A DNA stretch of 12,870 nucleotides from Pseudomonadota bacterium (lineage in GTDB: Bacteria > Bdellovibrionota_B > Oligoflexia > Oligoflexales > CAIMVM01), in the NCBI GenBank assembly GCA_037142195.1, contig JBAXBA010000094.1, positions 1 to 12,870 of the forward strand, written 5' to 3'. A program made the position numbers and the translations under genes. Below, one piece after another: positions 6,604 to 12,870 of this stretch. Under the pieces are notes generated by a model. The model saw nothing but the letters and a program-made list of their open reading frames with translations. It was not told where the DNA came from and made no database searches. Position 1 is the first letter of the stretch, and each line of letters opens with the position of its first letter.

Positions 6604-8241
6604 ATGGGATTAAAATATAGACACTGGATTCCCAGACAAAATATCACTCCAGCTTCCTATGAAGACTTGAAACTTGAATTATTTAAAAATCGCAATTTCA
6701 CACCGGTTGATTCTTTAGAATATGGTGACCATGGACTCATCGAAGCCTATGAAAAAATTCTGTTGGCCATAAAAACCGGAAAACGCATCGCCCTTTACGC
6801 GGATTACGATGTAGATGGCACTATGAGCTGCGTGGCCTGGTTGTGGTTTTTAAAGGCCTGTGGGCATACTAATCATACGTTTTACATACCGGATCGTTTT
6901 AAAGAAGGCTATGGCGTTAATTTAGATGCCATCAAACATTTAGTAGAAGTCGATCACGCCGATATGGTTATCACGATGGATACGGGGATCACAGCTAATG
7001 TCGAAGCTGCCTGGTGTAAAGAACGTGGGGTCGACTTTATTTGCACCGACCATCATAAAATTCAACCAGACAAAATGCCCGACACTACCATACTCAATCC
7101 TAAACTTCATCCAGATGAAGCGTATCAAGAGCTTTGTGGGTGCGGAATCACATTTGTCTTGCTCCGAAAAATAGGACGCGAGATTGCGGTGGATCCACGG
7201 ATTTGGCAGGATCTTTTGGCGCTTACGGGAATTGCTACTATTTGCGATATTGTTCCCCTTAATGCCGTAAATCACAGGTTAGCTCGTCTAGGCGTCGAAG
7301 CTGCACGCAAGAGTCAAAGGGCCGTTTTTAAAAGTCTCCTTGATGCTGTTCAAGCGTCAGAGAAAATGGATGAAAAAGATGTGGGCTTTAGGATTGGGCC
7401 TCGCATCAACGCTGTAGGACGTCTCGAACACGCCAAAATCGTCATTGAAGCTTTTCTTAGTGACGATCCTACTCAGCTCATAAAGCATATGGGACTGGCA
7501 AATGATAAGCGAAAAGCTATTCAAACTACCATCGTTAAAGAAGCTCAACATAAGGCAGACGAAGAACGCCATAAAAGTGTCTTGTTTTTAGGTGCGGATA
7601 GCTGGCATCAAGGAGTGGTAGGAATTGCCGCTAGCCGAATTGCAGAAGACTATTGGCGTCCTACTTGGTTGTTTCAGAGGGGCTCAGATCTCTGTAAGGG
7701 ATCCGCTCGTTCTATCGCTGGTTTTGATGTGACCGAAGCGATGATGAGTTGTGGCCATCTTTTCAAGAAGTTTGGTGGGCATCGGGCAGCCGGTGGCTTT
7801 GCATTTCCTCTAAACCAAGAGGATTCTATAAAGCGCGCATTGGAATCTTATGGCGACGCATTAAAAAGTAAATTTCCTGATATTTGGGAAAGTAAAATTG
7901 AGTATGACTGCATTTTACCATGGCATTTGGCGGATACGAATTTACTTGAAATCCTTTCTACACTCCGCCCCTTCGGGCATGGATTCGAAGAGCCAAGATT
8001 TTTGGTTGTAGGGCGTCTCCTAGAGGTCAATTTCTATAAAGATAAAGCCACTGGAGAGCCCAAACACACGGCGCTCTCCCTATTGGGTACAGATCACTCG
8101 AGTAGAAAAATTATGTTTTTTAACCGCGTTGTTAAAGATCTTAAATTAGGAAAAGAATTAAGGGCTCTCGTCACAGCGGATCGCAATCTTTGGAATGGTC
8201 AGGTGTCCCTTCAACTTTTAGGAGTTGACTTGGAAATGTAG
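6604..8241 (+). CDS. recJ: Single-stranded-DNA-specific exonuclease RecJ
   Basis: 545 aa. DHH-family motifs YADYDVDG, ITMDTG, TDHH and ICDIVPL. Also GPRINAVGRL, WHQGVVGIAASRI, GSARS, FGGHRAAGG and LRPFGHGFEEP. SD AGGAG. Confidence 0.97.
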   Translation: MGLKYRHWIPRQNITPASYEDLKLELFKNRNFTPVDSLEYGDHGLIEAYEKILLAIKTGKRIALYADYDVDGTMSCVAWLWFLKACGHTNHTFYIPDRFKEGYGVNLDAIKHLVEVDHADMVITMDTGITANVEAAWCKERGVDFICTDHHKIQPDKMPDTTILNPKLHPDEAYQELCGCGITFVLLRKIGREIAVDPRIWQDLLALTGIATICDIVPLNAVNHRLARLGVEAARKSQRAVFKSLLDAVQASEKMDEKDVGFRIGPRINAVGRLEHAKIVIEAFLSDDPTQLIKHMGLANDKRKAIQTTIVKEAQHKADEERHKSVLFLGADSWHQGVVGIAASRIAEDYWRPTWLFQRGSDLCKGSARSIAGFDVTEAMMSCGHLFKKFGGHRAAGGFAFPLNQEDSIKRALESYGDALKSKFPDIWESKIEYDCILPWHLADTNLLEILSTLRPFGHGFEEPRFLVVGRLLEVNFYKDKATGEPKHTALSLLGTDHSSRKIMFFNRVVKDLKLGKELRALVTADRNLWNGQVSLQLLGVDLEM

Positions 8242-8333
8242 CGCCTATGCAGGTGATCTCGCTGCGTGGATATTTTCTACCGGAATCGCCCATCTCACGG
8301 ATCCTTATTTTTCATAGCGCTTTAATGATTCGC

Positions 8334-9092
8334 TTAATTAACTCCCTTGCTACAGTCCCAAGAGGAGTTAAAGTCAAATTTATTTTCATATTCCTTTGTT
8401 AATAAGCCTTTTTCTACAAAACAGACAGAGGAAGTCATGGGATAGAGACAATTCAGATCAGGTCGAAAGTAACAGCCTCCTGCCCCACCTTCAAAAAAGC
8501 GACAAATCTTGTAGGCTCTTATTTTTGATCCTGTGCAGACCACAGGCGGCTTTGGTATGGGTTTGTCTGGGCCCGGGCTAGGGGGCGTCTGCGAGCTTGC
8601 GGTTTGTGTAGAGGTATTTGCAGGCTGGTCTCCAGTTTTGGCGGGTTCGCCATGAGTTTTGTCAGTCGAGGTATTATTGGCTGATTTAGTGCACCAAATG
8701 GGATTGCCTTTAACGCCTATGTAAGCGCCCTTTTGATTTGTGCAGGTGAAGTTCGTGGATTTTACTTCTAAGAGATAATCAGGATAATAGCCGTTTCCTT
8801 GGAGCGAGGCAAAGGGAAGGAAGTTTGCTGTTATTTTTTCTTTGAGCCATTGAGCGACATTTTCTCTCTTGTTCTGAATGATTTTTACCGATGTAACGGT
8901 TTCATTTTCAGCGCCATTGCCTAATATTTTATATTCAATCTTCGAAGTCTCTTCTGAAAATACAACATCGAGAGTATGTGTGGGATCCTCGAGTTTTGTG
9001 CTGGATATGAGCTCATCACTCCGTTTGCAGCCTAAGGTTATCAACGAAGTAACAATCATCCACGCTGCGATGCTTTTGTTGCCTTGATTCAT
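8334..9092 (-). CDS. Lipoprotein with Pro/Thr-rich linker and C-terminal six-Cys domain
   Basis: 252 aa from ATG 9092, with SD AAGGAG and a TAATG overlap with the upstream stop. Lipobox ITLG|C. Linker STQTASSQTPPSPGPDKPIPKPP. Confidence 0.8.
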   Translation of the reverse strand: MNQGNKSIAAWMIVTSLITLGCKRSDELISSTKLEDPTHTLDVVFSEETSKIEYKILGNGAENETVTSVKIIQNKRENVAQWLKEKITANFLPFASLQGNGYYPDYLLEVKSTNFTCTNQKGAYIGVKGNPIWCTKSANNTSTDKTHGEPAKTGDQPANTSTQTASSQTPPSPGPDKPIPKPPVVCTGSKIRAYKICRFFEGGAGGCYFRPDLNCLYPMTSSVCFVEKGLLTKEYENKFDFNSSWDCSKGVN

Positions 9093-9781
9093 TAGTTCGT
9101 GCTCCTTCTTCGGCAAGAGTAGGGCACTGGTTTGATTGAGGAGGGCTCTTTCATGCGGTGTGTTTCCCAGTCAAAGCGAGTTTCCGATACTTCGCAAAGG
9201 TATGCCCCCGCATTAAATTTAATGCTTGCGAAGATGTCCCAGGGTACAAATGCTTTTTCACCCTCAATCACTTCGCCTTTGATATATTGAACGTAAATAT
9301 TACTAACGAGCTCTGGTTTTGAGAGTTTTACATAGAGACCCAGGGGGCCTCGAGCGTCATCTGAGGCCTTTAAAGCCTTAATAGCAACATTTACTTGCAA
9401 GTCTTTATAGGCGTCTACGGAGTCTGCGTTAGTACCTCCAGCGGCAGCGATTTCATCAGGTGTAGCAGCTGGGGGCTGATAGGGTGTATCAGAAATATTG
9501 GGATCCCGAACTAAACCAGAGTTCGGTTCGTCTTTGTCGGCTCTCGTATCTGGACCACCGCCCGGGGCTTCGGGTCTAGTTGGTTCTTCGGTTGGAGTTG
9601 GCTCTGGAGTCGGACGCGGCGCGGGAGTAGTGTCCGGGCCTCCTCTTAGGGGATTGTCACCGCAAAGATTATCCCCCACCTTTATCTGACCTGCTGGACA
9701 GGTTTTTGGCGCAGGAGTGGTCTTCCTTTGGCAACCCAGTATTAGAATGAAAATTGCGAGACTCGTAGTCAAGGGTTTCAT
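9092..9781 (-). CDS. Lipoprotein with Pro-rich (PTPEPTP) linker
   Basis: 229 aa. Signal and lipobox MKPLTTSLAIFILILG|C, a small Cys pair, a Pro/Thr/Glu-rich spacer and a beta-rich C-terminal domain with two Cys. Confidence 0.85.
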   Translation of the reverse strand: MKPLTTSLAIFILILGCQRKTTPAPKTCPAGQIKVGDNLCGDNPLRGGPDTTPAPRPTPEPTPTEEPTRPEAPGGGPDTRADKDEPNSGLVRDPNISDTPYQPPAATPDEIAAAGGTNADSVDAYKDLQVNVAIKALKASDDARGPLGLYVKLSKPELVSNIYVQYIKGEVIEGEKAFVPWDIFASIKFNAGAYLCEVSETRFDWETHRMKEPSSIKPVPYSCRRRSTN

Positions 9782-9898
9782 AGCAAGCTCTTTCCTAAAA
9801 GCAATACGTTCTCTTCGGCTCCGATCCCCAGAGTCTTGAGAATGGATTTAAGTTTTCCTAAAGGGATTCCGAGGTTATGGCTGGCAAGGGAGGACTCT

Positions 9899-10990
9899 TT
9901 GGCTCGAAAACATGGAAAATTAAAAGGCTTGTTAGGGGGTATTCAACCTCATTTATACCTTTTTAGCATGTTTTTTCTCATTTCCGCGCGAGCTGATGGC
10001 GAAGTCCTTTATGATGAGTTTTCCACCGGTGCGATGGCATTGCGGTATCGTCTGAGGAATAATTCTTGGGCTGATTTTGTAGGTGCGGGGATAGATGGAG
10101 AAATTCAGACGACACCACCGGGCAGCAAAGAATCGGATAGACGACTTGAGTCTCTCTCCAATGTAGGCGTTGACCGAGTGATAGGTGGAATGGGTGTACG
10201 GGTCAATTTAAAGTCCTATTTAGCTTGGAACCGTAGGGAAGACACCGCGGACCGCGTGACTTTAAGCGACGAACACAAATCGAGATGGATGCCTTCTGTC
10301 GATGCTACTTATGTCACACCAAAAGGCTTAGAGTTAGGTTTTGGAGGAATGCTTTGGTACGAGAAAGAACACCAAAAGACCTTCTATTCTCAATCCATTA
10401 GGCAAAGTGTGGATTACTCCGGAATTAAGATTTGGGTTCCACGTCTTTCCATTTTAAGACGCTCTGGAACTTGGAATGGCGGTTTTTATTACAACTTTGG
10501 GCGTAGTCAAGATAGATCTGTAGCATTGAGAGCAAGTGATGGCTCTAGCTTGTCCACCTCACAGAGGATTCACTCTCCTACAGAGTTTGGAATCATCGCA
10601 GATTTCTCTCTTTTTGGTTTTTTGCACGAGGTAGAGCTGAGTCAAATCGAATCTCTTTCGACATCGGATGTATCCTCGGATGGCAAAAGTGTAGAGGATG
10701 ACTTTATCAAGATGAGAGCGACTGCTTTTTTCCCCTTAACCGCTAACAGTCTGGTCAGTATTTGTATGAGTCATCGTACTCTCGGGTATTCTTCAAATGC
10801 CTTTGTGACGATTGATACCATTCCCATGACGTTGGTTCGAGCAAAACTTATTGGTGGCACTTTGGAGAATCAAGTCTACTTGAGTCTCTTTTACGGCCAG
10901 GGGCAAGATGAGTTGTCGATACCAGAAGCCAATGAATTTTTTAAAGTGAGGGTTTTTGGGAGTTCCATCGGGATTATTTTGTCAATTTAG
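9899..10990 (+). CDS. Probable outer-membrane beta-barrel protein
   Basis: Likely TTG start at 9899 (SD GGAGG 9889-9893), giving 363 aa. Signal peptide ends ISARA|D. Many amphipathic strands (LELGFGGML, WNGGFYYNFG, VYLSLFYGQG) and a terminal strand FGSSIGIILSI. Confidence 0.6.
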   Translation: MARKHGKLKGLLGGIQPHLYLFSMFFLISARADGEVLYDEFSTGAMALRYRLRNNSWADFVGAGIDGEIQTTPPGSKESDRRLESLSNVGVDRVIGGMGVRVNLKSYLAWNRREDTADRVTLSDEHKSRWMPSVDATYVTPKGLELGFGGMLWYEKEHQKTFYSQSIRQSVDYSGIKIWVPRLSILRRSGTWNGGFYYNFGRSQDRSVALRASDGSSLSTSQRIHSPTEFGIIADFSLFGFLHEVELSQIESLSTSDVSSDGKSVEDDFIKMRATAFFPLTANSLVSICMSHRTLGYSSNAFVTIDTIPMTLVRAKLIGGTLENQVYLSLFYGQGQDELSIPEANEFFKVRVFGSSIGIILSI

Positions 10991-11057
10991 TTAGTTATTT
11001 ATTCGCCTTTAGGTTCTTAGGTTCGCGGCCGATAGGGATTTATGAGGGGAGGGATTG

Positions 11058-11756
11058 ATGGCCCTACTAGTGAGAAGAATTCTAATTAGAGGAATCATAT
11101 TCGGACTGGCGAGCGGATGCAACTTCGTCGATACCTTTCGAAAAAGCAAATCGAAAGCCGAGCGCAGTGTTGCTTCTGACACCGAGCTTGGCAGCGTCAT
11201 TGGAGAGCCTTTAGGCTCTAAAGCTTATGGGCAAAATGATGCAGAGCTTGCAGCCTTATATGCTGTTTCGACGAGTCATCCTCCAGCCCCCATTCGTCCT
11301 GATGCAGATGTTCATTTTAGAAGGCTTCTATTGCAGTTTAGAAGTGAAGGATCTCAAGTCGCTCGTTTAATTGGTGAGGTGGAAGCCTATCGCGATCTCT
11401 TAGGGGGAGCCAGTAAGGATTTTTCCAAGAAGCCTTTAGAAGATTATGATGCCACGAGCCTTCTGGCATTAATTAAGGCTTCCGAAGTGATTTGCGAATC
11501 CTTGGTCGCCCCTACGCCAGATAGACACGGAAATTGGGCGACGATTCTCCCTCAGGATCCAAGCTCAGTAACAGAAAATATAACGTTCCTCTATCAGCGC
11601 CTTACAGGGAGCAAAGACTCGGACCTGGATGCGGCAACATTGAGCTCTTTAAAATCGGTTCTCACCACATGGAGTCCTGGCGGCATTTATGATGCCTCTA
11701 GCTACGTCCCTGTTTGTGTCGCCATTTCTGTCGACGGCGAGGCGTTATTTTTATGA
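11058..11756 (+). CDS. Lipoprotein with DUF1553-like helical C-terminal module
   Basis: 232 aa. SD GAGGGGAGG and lipobox LASG|C. ITFLYQRLTG...YVPVCVAISVDGEALFL resembles the recalled DUF1553-type ending (LYxRxLxR...WxxxCxxLxxxxEFxF). Confidence 0.7.
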   Translation: MALLVRRILIRGIIFGLASGCNFVDTFRKSKSKAERSVASDTELGSVIGEPLGSKAYGQNDAELAALYAVSTSHPPAPIRPDADVHFRRLLLQFRSEGSQVARLIGEVEAYRDLLGGASKDFSKKPLEDYDATSLLALIKASEVICESLVAPTPDRHGNWATILPQDPSSVTENITFLYQRLTGSKDSDLDAATLSSLKSVLTTWSPGGIYDASSYVPVCVAISVDGEALFL

Positions 11757-12835
11757 AAAATTCTTATTTGTTTAGAAAAATAGCTCTCTTTCTTTGCCTA
11801 TGGACTTGGGATTTGGTACTAGCTGCTGAAAACCCTTACCGTGCATTAAAGCGAGCAAAGTATTTATTGAATGGTCAGTTTCCTAGTGATACCGAACTTC
11901 AGGCCACGGGAGTTGATGATGCTAGCTATAAGACTGCGGTCCGAGGTTTTCTAGATAGCCAGCTTTTTTATGACGCAGCCCTTCGTTATCATGAAAGGCT
12001 CTTTGGAACGGGGCTTCAAAGTGATTATTTAGACGAACTTTTAAACGACAATCTTGAAGGAAATGGCAGCAAGCTTGCTAAGGTTTTTTGTGGTCGTGAA
12101 ATGGGAAGATTGACTTGCGATTGGGCTAGTTCGGACGATGCAAGAAGAGTGTCTAGTTGTCCTGCCAATTGGCAAGTGGCGACCACCGCCTTCTGGTATC
12201 CTGGTCTTGTTACTTGGGTGTGTCCTACGCTTCAAAGATCTTGTGGTTCCGATTTGTCTAAGTGTCTTGTCGTCGAACAAGACTCGTCTCTCGCCCTAAA
12301 TGCAGAGCTTGGGACCACGGAAGCGTTTGACGCCAAAAGTTCCGTTGTGAAATCTTTAAGTAGACAGTCTGCTGGAATAGCCACAGGGGTGGTTATTGGC
12401 AATTATCCTTATACGAAGATACTTGAACCTGGCTTAACGGCTGTAGATGGTGCCATCGCCTATTTGTATCAGCAGAGTCACCATTTTGATCTCTCAAAAA
12501 TGAATGTCGGGACATCTCTACTCAATTACTCTAAGCAGGTTCCCTTAAACTCCAGGCGGTTTACGCTTATTAATACGGGTTCTTCTTATGAACAAGGTGG
12601 GGTGATCAGTACTTTTGGCTGGTTGCGGCGCTACGAGAAAAATCGAACCAGAGGCAATCAAATTTACGAAAGGCTTCTTTGTCGAAAGTTTACCAGCGAG
12701 CTGCCAAAAGTGTTTCCTCAAGATCCGGGAAATCTGAGAACTGCTGCGGGCTGCAGTGGTTGTCATGCCACTCTAGATCCGTTATCAGATTTCTTCAGCA
12801 CTTGGGGTGAAGGCGGGGCAATGGCATCTTTATAA
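11753..12835 (+). CDS. Secreted DUF1549/DUF1588-like protein with a single CxxCH motif (possibly C-terminally truncated)
   Basis: 360 aa from ATG 11753, with an ATGA overlap. Signal peptide ends VLA|A. RALKRAKYLLNGQFPS...VRGFLDSQLF is DUF1549-like. NRTRGNQIYERLLC...CSGCHATLDPL is DUF1588-like. CSGCH lies at 12752-12766. Confidence 0.75.
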   Translation: MKNSYLFRKIALFLCLWTWDLVLAAENPYRALKRAKYLLNGQFPSDTELQATGVDDASYKTAVRGFLDSQLFYDAALRYHERLFGTGLQSDYLDELLNDNLEGNGSKLAKVFCGREMGRLTCDWASSDDARRVSSCPANWQVATTAFWYPGLVTWVCPTLQRSCGSDLSKCLVVEQDSSLALNAELGTTEAFDAKSSVVKSLSRQSAGIATGVVIGNYPYTKILEPGLTAVDGAIAYLYQQSHHFDLSKMNVGTSLLNYSKQVPLNSRRFTLINTGSSYEQGGVISTFGWLRRYEKNRTRGNQIYERLLCRKFTSELPKVFPQDPGNLRTAAGCSGCHATLDPLSDFFSTWGEGGAMASL

Positions 12836-12870
12836 AGTAAAACTCATAATTTAATTTCTCGGCTGAAATA

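Noticed and set aside
6604..8241. recJ as part of a defence or mobile system
   Set aside because: It is a canonical housekeeping RecJ, separated from the upstream pair by a terminator, with no integrase, transposase or defence genes nearby.
9570..9640. Repetitive GGAGT/GGTT sequence
   Set aside because: It encodes the Pro-Thr-Pro-Glu linker. It is not a DNA repeat element or a CRISPR array.
299..12766. Short antisense or alternate-frame ORFs (e.g. 299-544, 603-1061, 1872-2189, 2457-2729, 4385-4642, 6940-7275, 9498-9689, 12041-12280)
   Set aside because: They are shadows of well-supported genes, with no motifs or translation signals.
9899..12835. Porin-cytochrome extracellular electron transfer conduit (MtrAB-like)
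   Set aside because: Only one CxxCH motif is present, whereas such conduits need multiheme cytochromes.

Overview
Gene-dense bacterial window with no mobile element, CRISPR array, tRNA or rRNA detected. The gene content suggests a Bdellovibrionota/Oligoflexia or myxobacterium-like organism (inference). Left arm, minus strand: a NUDIX hydrolase, a class-B DnaJ (CbpA-like), an orphan ORF and an acyl-CoA dehydrogenase very similar to mitochondrial MCAD. A ~160 nt nested stem-loop between the NUDIX and dnaJ genes is a candidate ncRNA. Centre, plus strand: a membrane-anchored 550 aa protein and a secreted 277 aa beta-rich protein, then recJ. By motif order, these two proteins look like the two halves of a vitellogenin/MTP/apoB-type large lipid transfer protein (LLTP) split into two genes; this is the most interesting signal. 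Right arm: a divergent cell-envelope cluster. Two translationally coupled Pro-rich/Cys-rich lipoproteins lie on the minus strand. A probable outer-membrane beta-barrel, a DUF1553-like lipoprotein and a DUF1549/DUF1588-like CxxCH protein lie on the plus strand; the last ends abruptly near the window edge. All family calls come from motif recognition by eye and from recalled family patterns; no searches were run.
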